64,000 nt of DNA, taken from assembly GCA_964556255.1 (NCBI GenBank), contig CAZKVQ010000009.1, positions 582 through 64,581 of the forward strand, read 5' to 3'. This document shows positions 19,820-29,346 of this stretch, in pieces. The notes under the pieces are model-generated. The model saw only the letters and a program-made list of their open reading frames with translations. It made no database searches and was not told the origin of the DNA. Every line of letters begins with the position of its first letter. The stretch's first letter is position 1. This stretch comes from an uncultured Actinomycetes bacterium. Its GTDB lineage: Bacteria; Actinomycetota; Actinomycetes; S36-B12; UBA10799. The translations under genes were made by a program, and so were the position numbers.

Positions 19820-20155
19820 ATGCCCGGGTCGCTCAGTCGGGCTCAGCGCTTCGACGCTGCGGCAGAGCAGGCAGCGGCCCGGCTGCTGCGGCTCAATCGG
19901 GAACTCGACGGGGTAGACGTGGTCGTGGAGGATGTGCCACGGGTCGGTCCCCGCGCCACCGAGGTACCGCTCGGTCGGGTCCTCAGGCAGACGGCGAAGC
20001 CGCAGCTGGTGCTGCACCGGCGAGCGATCGAGTCCCGGGGAGCCGACTCCGACGCCCAGGTAGCGCTCCTCCGAGATGTCCTCGCGGAGCTCGCTGGAGA
20101 CCTGCTCGGGCGTGAGCCGGCGGCGCTGGACCCCGCATATCCCCGGGAGTCTTGA
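19820..20155 (+). CDS. Rv3259-like 'metallopeptidase family' (zincin-like fold) protein lacking the HExxH motif
   Basis: RAQRFDAAAEQAAARL...VDVVVEDVP...LVLHRRAIESRGADSDAQVALLRDVLAELAGDLLG resembles the small zincin-like family found next to whiB2. At the position of HEIAHH it reads AELAGD. An alternative antisense ORF was examined and judged less likely. Confidence 0.6.
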   Translation: MPGSLSRAQRFDAAAEQAAARLLRLNRELDGVDVVVEDVPRVGPRATEVPLGRVLRQTAKPQLVLHRRAIESRGADSDAQVALLRDVLAELAGDLLGREPAALDPAYPRES

Positions 20156-20205
20156 TCGGCGCGCCGTAACGATGGTTCGCGTGGTCGCTGGGTAACCTCT
20201 GCCCT

Positions 20206-20583
20206 GTGAGTAATCAGCGTGCGTGCTCGAAGCCGTCGTGCAATTCAGGTGCCGTTGCGACCCTCACCTATGTCTACTCGGACTGCACGGCAGTACTCGG
20301 CCCACTGGCCACAACGTCAGAGCCGCATACCTATGACCTGTGCGAGGCCCACGCGGAGAGGCTCACGGCCCCTCGCGGCTGGGATGTCGTGAGGCTGGAC
20401 TTCGACCCGGCGGACTTCCTTCCGTCGACGGATGACCTCGAGGCCCTCGCCGACGCTGTCAGAGAGGCTGCCCGTCCTCGGCCGGAAGTGGCGGTGGAGG
20501 AGCGGGAGCGGGAACTTGTGCCGGCAGGGACGGTCGAGGTCGGTCGCAGAGGGCACTTGCGGGTGCTGCGCTCGGTCGACTGA
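20206..20583 (+). CDS. DUF3499 domain-containing protein
   Basis: CSKPSCNSGAVATLTYVYSDCTAVLGPLATTSEPHTYDLCEAHAERLTAPRGWDVVRL is the characteristic DUF3499 N-terminus. It occupies the conserved position between whiB and the phosphomannomutase gene. Confidence 0.8.
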   Translation: MSNQRACSKPSCNSGAVATLTYVYSDCTAVLGPLATTSEPHTYDLCEAHAERLTAPRGWDVVRLDFDPADFLPSTDDLEALADAVREAARPRPEVAVEERERELVPAGTVEVGRRGHLRVLRSVD

Positions 20584-20672
20584 GCGGATCGCGGCCCCAA
20601 CTGCCGAAGCCTGTGGGCTTGGCTCAGGGTGGCCAGTGATCTTGTGGCTCGCCAACGGCTACGGTTGCCACT

Positions 20673-22043
20673 ATGCGTGATCTCGATGCCATCATCAAGG
20701 CCTACGACGTTCGCGGGGTCTATCCCGACCAACTCGACGAGGACCTCTCCCGCGCAGTGGGGGCGGCGTTCGCTCTGGTCGTCGGTGCAGCTGCGGAAGC
20801 CGGCGGGCCAGGGGCGGTGGTCGTGGGACACGACATGCGTCCATCGGGCCCGGACCTGGTTGCCGCTTTTGCTGACGGAGTGACCGCCCAAGGCGTCGAT
20901 GTTGTCGAGATCGGGCTCTGTTCCACCGATGGTCTGTATTTCGCCAGTGGTCACCTCGGTCTGCCGGGGGCGATGTTCACTGCAAGCCACAACCCGGCTC
21001 AGTACAACGGCATCAAGCTGTGCCGTATCGGGGCGGCGCCGGTAGGCCAGGAGACGGGATTGGCCGAGATCAAAGCGATGATCGCGACCGGGATCCCCGA
21101 TTCCGATGGGCCGTTGGGCACGGTGACACAGCGCGATCTGCTCGCCGATTATGCGGACTACCTGCTGTCGTTGGTCGAACTGGCGGACATGCGGCGACTC
21201 ACAGTGGTGGTCGACGCCGGTAACGGCATGGCGGGGTTCACCGCCCCGGCCGTGCTGGGCGCCCTTCCGATCGACCTCGTTGAGATGTACTTCGAACTCG
21301 ACGGCACCTTCCCCAATCATGAGGCGAATCCGATCGAGCCGGCGAACCTGGTCGATCTGCAGGCGAAGGTGCTCGAGACCGGCGCCGACATCGGACTGGC
21401 CTTCGATGGCGACGCGGATCGCTGTTTTGTCGTCGACGAACTTGGTAAGCCTGTTTCGCCCAGTACCATCACCGCCCTAATCGCCAGTCGCGAATTGGCC
21501 CGGGAACCGGGTTCCTCGGTGATCCACAACCTCATCACGTCGGCCGCGGTGCCGGAGATCATCACCGAACAGGGCGGCACCCCGGTCCGAACCCGGGTCG
21601 GTCATTCCTTCATCAAGGCGACGATGGCGGAGACCGGCGCGGTCTTCGGTGGCGAACACTCAGGTCACTTCTACTTCCGAGACTTCTGGCGGGCCGATTC
21701 GGGCATGTTGGCGGCCCTACACGTCTTGGCCGCCTTGGGCGGCACCCCGCAGGGAACGCCGTTGAGTTCCTTGCTCGCTGAGTACTCCCGCTACGTGGCC
21801 AGTGGTGAGATCAACTCCGAGGTCGCCGACACCTCCGCCGCCACAGCGGCCGTACGGGCGGCTTTCGAGGATGAGGCAGACACGGTCGATGACCTCGACG
21901 GCTTGACGTTCGCTGGCAAGGGGTGGTGGTTCAACGTGCGCCCGAGCAACACCGAGCCGCTGCTCCGACTCAACGTGGAGAACGTCGACGAGGAGTCCAT
22001 GGCGGAGCTGCGCGATCGAGTCCTCGCGGTCATCAGGGCCTAA
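20673..22043 (+). CDS. manB: phosphomannomutase/phosphoglucomutase
   Basis: Active-site loop FTASHNPAQYNGIK, metal site FDGDADR, sugar-binding GGEHSGH. 456 aa. Confidence 0.9.
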   Translation: MRDLDAIIKAYDVRGVYPDQLDEDLSRAVGAAFALVVGAAAEAGGPGAVVVGHDMRPSGPDLVAAFADGVTAQGVDVVEIGLCSTDGLYFASGHLGLPGAMFTASHNPAQYNGIKLCRIGAAPVGQETGLAEIKAMIATGIPDSDGPLGTVTQRDLLADYADYLLSLVELADMRRLTVVVDAGNGMAGFTAPAVLGALPIDLVEMYFELDGTFPNHEANPIEPANLVDLQAKVLETGADIGLAFDGDADRCFVVDELGKPVSPSTITALIASRELAREPGSSVIHNLITSAAVPEIITEQGGTPVRTRVGHSFIKATMAETGAVFGGEHSGHFYFRDFWRADSGMLAALHVLAALGGTPQGTPLSSLLAEYSRYVASGEINSEVADTSAATAAVRAAFEDEADTVDDLDGLTFAGKGWWFNVRPSNTEPLLRLNVENVDEESMAELRDRVLAVIRA

Positions 22044-22062
22044 GAGCCCTAGGCTGTCCATC

Positions 22063-22278
22063 ATGACCGAGCTCGCCGTCGAACTCCTTGAGATTCTGGC
22101 CTGCCCCTGCCCGAAGCACGCCCCCGTGGAACAGCACGGTGAACAACTGGTCTGTACTGCCTGTTCGACTGCGTTCGCAGTACGCGATGGCATTCCGGTC
22201 ATGCTGCTCGACGAGGCGACACCGGGTCCCAATGGCATCGGGGAGTCAGCCGACGGGGATCGGCCAGATGGCAGTTGA
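22063..22278 (+). CDS. Trm112 family small zinc-ribbon-like protein
   Basis: LLEILACPCPKHAPVEQHGEQLVCTACSTAFAVRDGIPVMLLDEA matches the Trm112p-like pattern. Confidence 0.75.
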   Translation: MTELAVELLEILACPCPKHAPVEQHGEQLVCTACSTAFAVRDGIPVMLLDEATPGPNGIGESADGDRPDGS

Positions 22279-23416
22279 CGAGTCCCTGCTCGCCCAGCCG
22301 GAACTGCTGATCGAATCGGACACCGGAATGCTGGCCGCCACGGCGGGCGCCGGGGGTGACCTGCGGCGCGCGCTGGCCGAGGCCGACAGGGAGGCCATCG
22401 CGGCGGTGGCCGCGGCGGGTCGGCCGCGCACGATCGTGGTCGTCGGTGCTGGTGGATCGGCGGTTGCCGGTGACGTCCTCGCGGCGTGCGCGGGCGTCGG
22501 CTCAGTGGTACCGGTCGTCTTCGTCAACGGTCCCCGGCTGCCGGGTTGGGTTGGTTCACTCGACCTAGTGGTGGCCATCTCGGCTTCCGGGAACTCGAAG
22601 GAGACGCTCGCCATAGCCGAAGAGGCAGGCCGACGCGGCGCCCAGGTCGTCGGCATCTGCCCGACGGAGGGCGAACTGGCGGACCGCGTCGCGAGGGCGC
22701 GGGGCCACGTGCTCGATCTGGGCAGGGTGACCGGGCCGGCGCGCGCCCGTGCCCTGCTGTGGCGTCTCACCGCACCGCTGATCCTGCTCGGACAGGCCCT
22801 CGGTGTGGTGGATGGCGACGATGCCATGCTGGCCGAGGCCGCTGACGTCCTGGACGCCCGCGCCATCGAGTGTGGACCCACGGTGATGCTGGGGGAGAAT
22901 CCCTCGAAGGACTTGGCAGTGGCGCTCGCCGAGAGTCTGCCGCTGATCTGGGGGACGCCGGGTGTGGCCGCCTCTGCCGCCCGCCGGTTCGGACTGCAGT
23001 TGGCTGAGAACGCGGGGATACCCAGCAGCGTCGGCTCGTTGCCGGAGGTGGCGCGTACGGGGGCCCGCGTCCTCGTCGGTTCCTGGGGCCGGTTGGACGA
23101 CGACGACATCTTCCGCGATCGCGTGGCAGAACCCGCAGGACCGTCCCGACCGCACCTGGTGCTGCTCACCGAGGGCGACTCGGACCCGCTGAGCTCATCG
23201 TTGGCCGAGGCCTGTGCGGACCTCGCCGAAGGTGCAGACCTGCTCGTGACCCGGCGGACGGGTGCCGGCCACCACCCGTTGATCAGGTTCGCCGACTTGA
23301 TCGCGCCGTTGGATCTGGCCAGTGTGTACGCGGGTATCGCCCTCGGGGTGGATCCGGCGGGAACCGCTGCGGGTCTCGATCCACGCCTCGGCGGAAAAGA
23401 TGCGGCGTCGCCATGA
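22268..23416 (+). CDS. SIS domain protein (glucose/mannose-6-phosphate isomerase-like, Rv3256c-like)
   Basis: TIVVVGAGGSAVAGDVL...VVAISASGNSKETL are SIS sugar-isomerase motifs. Start chosen at ATG 22268, so the start is uncertain. The stop overlaps the manA ATG (ATGA). Confidence 0.75.
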   Translation: MAVDESLLAQPELLIESDTGMLAATAGAGGDLRRALAEADREAIAAVAAAGRPRTIVVVGAGGSAVAGDVLAACAGVGSVVPVVFVNGPRLPGWVGSLDLVVAISASGNSKETLAIAEEAGRRGAQVVGICPTEGELADRVARARGHVLDLGRVTGPARARALLWRLTAPLILLGQALGVVDGDDAMLAEAADVLDARAIECGPTVMLGENPSKDLAVALAESLPLIWGTPGVAASAARRFGLQLAENAGIPSSVGSLPEVARTGARVLVGSWGRLDDDDIFRDRVAEPAGPSRPHLVLLTEGDSDPLSSSLAEACADLAEGADLLVTRRTGAGHHPLIRFADLIAPLDLASVYAGIALGVDPAGTAAGLDPRLGGKDAASP

Positions 23417-24573
23417 GGATCATCAGCGGGCACGTGCAGAACTATGCGTGGGGCATACCGGGCGGGCTGAACCCCTGGCTTGCCGGTGTGGAGGACGACG
23501 GACCGCAGGCGGAGCTCTGGTTCGGTGCGCATCCGAACGGCCCGTCGCCCCTGGTGGGACGTGCTGGGGTGCTGACCGACGTGATCGACGCCGATCGGGT
23601 GCCGCTGCTGGTGAAACTCCTGGCCGCCTCGGTTCCGCTGTCGATCCAGATTCACCCGCGGGCTGAGTTGGCACGTGAGATCTATCGGACCCAGGACCCC
23701 GAACACCCGCTGCTCCCCGACGATCGGGCGAAGATCGAAATGCTCATCGCGCTCCGGGAGTTCTCCGTCTTCGCGGGTACCCGAGAGGTTGAGAGCGCTG
23801 CGCAACTTCTGCGCGCCTCGGACCCGCGCCTGGGTCCGGCGGCAGAGGCGTTGTCCCGGGGTGGTTTCACCGAGGGTGTCAGGGCGGTGATGGACCTTCC
23901 CCAGGAGGAGGTCCCAACGCTGATCAGCGCAGTCCTGACCGAGGCGGGACGCCGACTGCCGACCGCTGCCGTGCAGGCCCTGCAGATCGCTGCCACTGCC
24001 TTCCCCGGCGACCGGGGAGTGTTGGTCGCGCTGCTTCTCAATCAGGACACGTTGGCGCCGGGCGCGGCGGTCTACATGCCGGCCGGAGGTGCTCACGCCT
24101 ACGTTCGCGGCTTCGGACTGGAGGTGATGACGGCCTCCGACAACGTGCTTCGGCTGGGAATGACGCCTAAGCCGATCGCGCTGGACGAAGGCCTCTCGGC
24201 CGTCGACCCGGACGCGACGCCACAAGTTCTGCCGGGACCCGCGGGTGGCATCGACGACGGCTCGGCGACCGTTGACTATCGACCGGCGGGTGCGCCGTTC
24301 AAAGTCACCCTGGTCCGCGAGTCGAGCGCCCATTCGGCGGGCGGAAAGTACCGGCTGGCGCTGTGCCTGTCAGGTACTGCGAACGTGTCGGTCGGTCCGG
24401 CGACCGTGGAGCTCTCAGCCGGACAGGCGGCTGTCGTGCTGGCCGACGAGCCGACGCTGGCGATGGACTGTGCCGGTCTGGGATTCGTCATCGAGCACCG
24501 ACCGGAGAACGATGCCGTGGCGTTGGATTCGACCCATGGTCGCCCGGCCGGCAGCGAGGAGTCAGAGGCATGA
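23413..24573 (+). CDS. manA: mannose-6-phosphate isomerase, class I
   Basis: VQNYAWG, ELWFGAHPNGPS, LLVKLLAA..PLSIQIHP and YMPAGGAHAY are type I PMI motifs. Confidence 0.88.
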   Translation: MRIISGHVQNYAWGIPGGLNPWLAGVEDDGPQAELWFGAHPNGPSPLVGRAGVLTDVIDADRVPLLVKLLAASVPLSIQIHPRAELAREIYRTQDPEHPLLPDDRAKIEMLIALREFSVFAGTREVESAAQLLRASDPRLGPAAEALSRGGFTEGVRAVMDLPQEEVPTLISAVLTEAGRRLPTAAVQALQIAATAFPGDRGVLVALLLNQDTLAPGAAVYMPAGGAHAYVRGFGLEVMTASDNVLRLGMTPKPIALDEGLSAVDPDATPQVLPGPAGGIDDGSATVDYRPAGAPFKVTLVRESSAHSAGGKYRLALCLSGTANVSVGPATVELSAGQAAVVLADEPTLAMDCAGLGFVIEHRPENDAVALDSTHGRPAGSEESEA

Positions 24574-25532
24574 GCACTGAAGGTGGCAAGAAGGCGGTGG
24601 TCGCCGCGCTCGGTGCCAATCTCGGAATCGCCGCGGCGAAGTTCGTGGCCTTCGCGATCACTGGTTCATCGTCAATGCTGTCGGAAGCCATCCACTCGGT
24701 CGCCGACTCGGCCAACCAGGTGCTTCTGCTCATCGGCGGGCATCGATCCAAACGCGGACCGGACCAAACCCACCAGTTCGGGTACGGGCGTCTTCGCTAC
24801 GTCTACGGCTTCGTCGTGGCGATCATCCTCTTCCTCATCGGGGGGCTGTTCTCCCTCAACGAGGGCATCCACAAATTGCAGCACAAGGAGGATCTGCACG
24901 ACCTCGGCGTCGCAGTTGCGGTGCTGCTGGTAGCGATCGCGCTGGAATCGTTCTCCTTCCGCACCGCCATCAAGGAGGCCAACAAGGCGAGGGGGAAGCG
25001 GTCGTTGCCGGGCTTCGTCCGCAACGTGCGACAACCCGAGTTGCCGGTGATCATGCTGGAGGACTTCGGCGCGCTGATCGGGTTGATGTTCGCCCTCTTC
25101 GGTGTGGGCATGTCCGCCATCACCGGCGATAGCCGATGGGATGCCGTCGGGGCCATCGCCGTGGGTTCGTTGCTGCTCGTGATCGCCGTCTTCCTCGGCT
25201 TCGAGATGTCCAGCATGCTCGTCGGGGAGTCCGCCCTACCCGAGGAGCAGGCGGCCATCGAGGCAGCTCTGGCAGCATCGCCGGTGGTCAACAGCGTCAT
25301 CCATCTGCGGACCCTGCACGCCGGACCGGACGAGATTCTGGTGGCGGCCAAGATCGCCATCGACAACGACGACACCGGTGAGGCTATTGCCGAGGGCATA
25401 GACCAGGCCGAGGCGGCAATCCGACAGGCGGTGCCGACGGCCACCTACATCTTCATCGAACCGGACCTGCGCCGTCCCGCCGTCGATGGCGGGTCGGGCG
25501 GTGACACCAGCGGTGCCCAGCCCGAGAGTTGA
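24570..25532 (+). CDS. cation diffusion facilitator (CDF) family metal efflux transporter
   Basis: MSTEGGKKAVVAALGANLGIAAAKFVAFAITGSSSMLSEAIHSVADSANQ... has six TM helices and a C-terminal cytoplasmic domain. ATG 24570 overlaps the manA stop (ATGA). Confidence 0.88.
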   Translation: MSTEGGKKAVVAALGANLGIAAAKFVAFAITGSSSMLSEAIHSVADSANQVLLLIGGHRSKRGPDQTHQFGYGRLRYVYGFVVAIILFLIGGLFSLNEGIHKLQHKEDLHDLGVAVAVLLVAIALESFSFRTAIKEANKARGKRSLPGFVRNVRQPELPVIMLEDFGALIGLMFALFGVGMSAITGDSRWDAVGAIAVGSLLLVIAVFLGFEMSSMLVGESALPEEQAAIEAALAASPVVNSVIHLRTLHAGPDEILVAAKIAIDNDDTGEAIAEGIDQAEAAIRQAVPTATYIFIEPDLRRPAVDGGSGGDTSGAQPES

Positions 25533-25715
25533 AGGGACCATGGCCGTCGGCTGAGCCGGAAGGCCCAGGGTCGGACTGCCCGAGGTGTGCCGACTTGTCG
25601 TCGAGCGCCGGTATGACAGACTTGAGCCTGATCTTGGCTGTTACAACCAGCGTCCTGACCCGTCGGGACAGCCGTCGAACGGCCGTACTCACCGCACTTC
25701 ATAGGAGAGAATTCC

Positions 25716-27143
25716 GTGGACTTCAAAGTTGCCGATCTCGCACTCGCCCCTGCGGGCCGCGACCAGATCCGCCTCGCCGAGCACGAGATGCCCGGGCTGA
25801 TGGCAATGCGCGAGCAGTTCGGCGAGAGCAAGCCGCTCGCCGGCGCGAAGATCACCGGATCCCTGCACATGACCGTGCAGACCGCGGTCTTGATCGAGAC
25901 GCTGACCGCCCTCGGCGCCGAGGTTCGTTGGGCGTCCTGCAACATCTTCTCCACCCAGGATGAGGCTGCCGCCGCCGTCGTCGTGGGACCGAACGGTACC
26001 CCGGACGATCCGCAGGGCGTGCCGGTCTTCGCCTGGAAGGGTGAGACCCTCGAGGAGTACTGGTGGTGCACCCAGCAGGCTCTGCTGTGGCCCGATGGCG
26101 CCTACGCCAACATGATCCTTGACGACGGCGGCGACGCGACACTGCTCGTACACAAGGGTGCCGAGTTCGAGAAGGCCGCCTTCGTGCCGGCGCAGTCCGG
26201 TGATGGATCCGAGTTCGATGTCGTTCTGGGAGTGCTCGCGGAGTCGCTGGTCGAGGATCCGCAGCGCTGGACCAAGGTGGCCGACGAATTGCTCGGTGTC
26301 ACCGAGGAGACCACCACCGGGGTACACAGGCTCTACGAGATGATGCGCGCGGACGAGTTGCTGTTCCCCGCCATCAACGTCAACGACTCCGTGACCAAGT
26401 CCAAGTTCGACAACAAGTACGGTTGCCGACACTCACTGGTCGACGGGATCAACCGCGCCACCGACGTGCTGCTCGCCGGGAAGACGGCGGTCGTCTGCGG
26501 GTACGGCGACGTGGGCAAGGGCTGCGCAGACTCGTTGCGGGGTCAGGGATCCCGGGTGATCGTCACAGAGATCGACCCGATCTGCGCGCTGCAGGCGTCG
26601 ATGGACGGTTACCAGGTTGCGCGACTCGACGACGTGGTGGCAGAGGCCGACATCATCATCACCGCGACCGGCTGTGTGGACGTCGTCACCGCCGAGCAGA
26701 TGACCAGGATGAAGAACAAGGCGATTCTGGGCAATATCGGCCACTTCGACAACGAGATCGACATGGCCGGGCTGTCGCGACTGCCAGGGGTCACTCGCCA
26801 CAACATCAAACCGCAGGTCGACGAGTGGACGTTCGCCGATGGTCACTCGATCATCGTGCTGTCGGAGGGTCGACTGCTGAACCTGGGCAACGCCACCGGC
26901 CACCCCTCGTTCGTCATGAGTAACTCCTTCACCAATCAGGTGCTCGCCCAGATCGAACTCTTCACCAAGCGCGATGAGTACCCGGTTGGCGTGTACACGC
27001 TGCCGAAGCATCTCGACGAGGAAGTCGCGCGCCTGCACCTGGACGCTCTCGGCGTGCATCTGACCGAGCTGTCCAAGACTCAGGCCGAGTACCTCGGCGT
27101 CCCGGTGGAGGGCCCCTACAAGGCCGATCTGTACCGGTACTGA
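25716..27143 (+). CDS. ahcY: adenosylhomocysteinase (S-adenosyl-L-homocysteine hydrolase)
   Basis: [29 protein letters not shown]...[10 protein letters not shown]...GHFDNEID...PYKADLYRY is full-length and highly conserved. Confidence 0.95.
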   Translation: MDFKVADLALAPAGRDQIRLAEHEMPGLMAMREQFGESKPLAGAKITGSLHMTVQTAVLIETLTALGAEVRWASCNIFSTQDEAAAAVVVGPNGTPDDPQGVPVFAWKGETLEEYWWCTQQALLWPDGAYANMILDDGGDATLLVHKGAEFEKAAFVPAQSGDGSEFDVVLGVLAESLVEDPQRWTKVADELLGVTEETTTGVHRLYEMMRADELLFPAINVNDSVTKSKFDNKYGCRHSLVDGINRATDVLLAGKTAVVCGYGDVGKGCADSLRGQGSRVIVTEIDPICALQASMDGYQVARLDDVVAEADIIITATGCVDVVTAEQMTRMKNKAILGNIGHFDNEIDMAGLSRLPGVTRHNIKPQVDEWTFADGHSIIVLSEGRLLNLGNATGHPSFVMSNSFTNQVLAQIELFTKRDEYPVGVYTLPKHLDEEVARLHLDALGVHLTELSKTQAEYLGVPVEGPYKADLYRY

Positions 27144-27166
27144 GCACCAGTACCGAGCGACTGCCC

Positions 27167-28048
27167 GTGGGCGCCCCGAACACATCCTCCCCGCCTGGAT
27201 CGAACCCCGGTCCGGGCGGGGACGCGCCTGTTCAGCCCGCGGTCCCTGCGCCGGTGGGGTTCCCGAACGACTACCCGGCGTTCCCGGTGGCGGGCTCCCT
27301 GCCGGCGACCAGCGCGCTTCTCTACCGGGGAGCGCCGGTCACCCTGCGGCAGGCCGTCGCGGAGGGTCGACCCGTCATCGCCGCGCGATGGGGAATCCCC
27401 GACATCCTGATCACCCTCGCGCTGTGGTTCTTCTTCCAGATCGTGGCTTCCTTGATCGCCCTGGGTCTCGGAGACTCACCGGTGGGCAAGTCGGTCGGGA
27501 TCTTGCTGCTCATCTCCATTCCCTGGTTCGGCCTCGCAGGATGGCCGATCTTGGTCGCCTTCTGGCGAGGCAACGGTCCCGTGATCGACTACGGCCTCAC
27601 CCGCAGGTGGTCAGACCTCTGGTGGGGGATCCTCTACGGGGTTGCCGCGTTGGTCGTCGCGGGGCTGGTCGCGGCCGGCACCGAGGCGATCTTCGGCAAG
27701 TTCGACTCTGCGGCGGGCGAGATCGCCGGGGACGTCAAACAGCTGTGGGCGCTCGTCCTGTTCGGGATACTCGTGGGCATCGGGGCGCCGATCGCCGAGG
27801 AACTCGCCTTCCGCGGCCTGCTCTTCGGCTCGCTGGCCAAACGGGGTCTCGCGCCGTGGCTGACGATCGGCATCACCGCACTGACCTTCTCGTTGATCCA
27901 CTTCGAGCCCATTCGGATCCCGCTGTTGCTCTCGACCGGCATCATCCTGGGCCTGGCGCGGTTTCACCGCGGCAGTACGACCACCTCGATCGTGGCGCAC
28001 ATGACGAACAACCTGCCAGCCGCGGTGGTTCTGATCCTCGGCAGTTGA
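27167..28048 (+). CDS. CPBP family intramembrane glutamic endopeptidase, second paralog
   Basis: Pro-rich N-terminus followed by a polytopic core with EELAFRGLLFG, LIHFE and IVAHMTNNL. Confidence 0.8.
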   Translation: MGAPNTSSPPGSNPGPGGDAPVQPAVPAPVGFPNDYPAFPVAGSLPATSALLYRGAPVTLRQAVAEGRPVIAARWGIPDILITLALWFFFQIVASLIALGLGDSPVGKSVGILLLISIPWFGLAGWPILVAFWRGNGPVIDYGLTRRWSDLWWGILYGVAALVVAGLVAAGTEAIFGKFDSAAGEIAGDVKQLWALVLFGILVGIGAPIAEELAFRGLLFGSLAKRGLAPWLTIGITALTFSLIHFEPIRIPLLLSTGIILGLARFHRGSTTTSIVAHMTNNLPAAVVLILGS

Positions 28049-28101
28049 ACCGCTCCTGACTCCGGCGGATCCGGAATCTGGACCCGGTTCCGGTGTGCAT
28101 G

Positions 28102-29226
28102 TCACTGCTGGGCTGCCGCCGCCAACACTGTCCCGAGGTTCTCGGTGCGGATGCGCCGATCCAGATACACCAGGGCGGTGACCCCTGCCACGAATGGCAG
28201 CGCGACCATCACGGTGACCAGGGCGGCCAAGGCCAGCGCGAACACCGAGAAGGTGCTGAGATCGCTGCCCGCACCACCGGCGAGACTGAACGGGATCGCT
28301 GCCACAGTGCCTACCGCCTGCGCCACGATGCTGCCGAGCAGCACCATGCCGAGCGTCCGCCAGAAGGCCCCCGACACCAGCCGGCGGGATCTCTTAAGCG
28401 CCATCACCACGCCGCAGTCCTCCAGCGCCAGCGCCGGGGTTGCCAGAATGAGGGTGAACGCCACCCAGACGGTCAGGGCAATACCCGCGAACACCCCGAG
28501 CAGCAGTAGCAGCGCCCCGGGCGCCGTGGCACCGGCCCAGATAAGCGCCGCGCCAGGGGCCATGGGAAGTAGCAGGGCAAGGATCGATGCGAGACTCACC
28601 AGTACGGTCACGCCCAGCAGTCTGAGGAACTGTGGGCGTACCAGGTCCCAGGCTTCAGCCAGCGAGGTGTGCTTGCCGATCACGGATCGACCCAGCACGT
28701 GGGTGAGCATCCCGGTGCCAAGGATCTGAAGCAGCCCCGCGATCACCGAGGTGGCAAGGGCGATGCCCAGCAGGGCGAGCACCGCCCGAAGGTAGATGCG
28801 GGGGTCGAGGTCGGGGGTCGGCTGCATCGGCAACTCCGCCACCTTGGACGCGGTCATCCCGAGGATCACAATCTGGCCGATGGCGGCGACGACGCCCATG
28901 ATCGCCGAGATCGCGATGACTGTGCGGGGGTCCCATCGCACGTAGTCGATAGCGCCGGTCATCACCTCCCCGACCTGCAACGGGCGCAGCGGGATGATTC
29001 CCGGTTTCGGTGCTGGCGGCGGTGGGGTCCAGCCGCCGCCAGCCGCCGGGCGACCTGCCGAGGCAGCACCGGAGGAGGCTGTGAACGGTGGCGGTTGATG
29101 GGCGGACCAACCCGGAAGTGGCTTCCCGCTTTCCTGCTCGGGGGAGACATGGTCGGGGCCCGGGTCGCCCCCATCGTTGGGTTCGGGGACACCGGCATCG
29201 TCGGGGGGTTGCGCGCTGCCGGACAT
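28102..29226 (-). CDS. integral membrane protein with Pro-rich cytoplasmic N-terminus (unknown function)
   Basis: 374-aa ORF. About 90 aa of low-complexity Pro/Gly/Ala N-terminus is followed by 6 or more hydrophobic helices. No catalytic motif recognised. Confidence 0.7.
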   Translation of the reverse strand: MSGSAQPPDDAGVPEPNDGGDPGPDHVSPEQESGKPLPGWSAHQPPPFTASSGAASAGRPAAGGGWTPPPPAPKPGIIPLRPLQVGEVMTGAIDYVRWDPRTVIAISAIMGVVAAIGQIVILGMTASKVAELPMQPTPDLDPRIYLRAVLALLGIALATSVIAGLLQILGTGMLTHVLGRSVIGKHTSLAEAWDLVRPQFLRLLGVTVLVSLASILALLLPMAPGAALIWAGATAPGALLLLLGVFAGIALTVWVAFTLILATPALALEDCGVVMALKRSRRLVSGAFWRTLGMVLLGSIVAQAVGTVAAIPFSLAGGAGSDLSTFSVFALALAALVTVMVALPFVAGVTALVYLDRRIRTENLGTVLAAAAQQ

Positions 29227-29346
29227 GACGCGATTGTCCCATGCTGCGCCCGAACGGCGGGGAGTTGGTGCCCATCAATGAGGACGCATCCACAGATCCC
29301 GCCGCCCGGTTGTCCGAGTCGGACGGACCGACCAGACTGCACCGCA

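Noticed and set aside
25533-25715. Possible SAH riboswitch in the 183-nt leader of ahcY
   Set aside because: Strings such as CCGAGGUGUGCC and AACGGCCGUACUCAC loosely recall the SAH element (GAGGAGCGCUGC ... AACGGCGCUCAC). However, the segments that should pair (GAGGUGUGCC versus GGCCGUACUC) are not complementary, and the CAGGCUCGG box is missing. A cmsearch with the SAH_riboswitch model would settle it.
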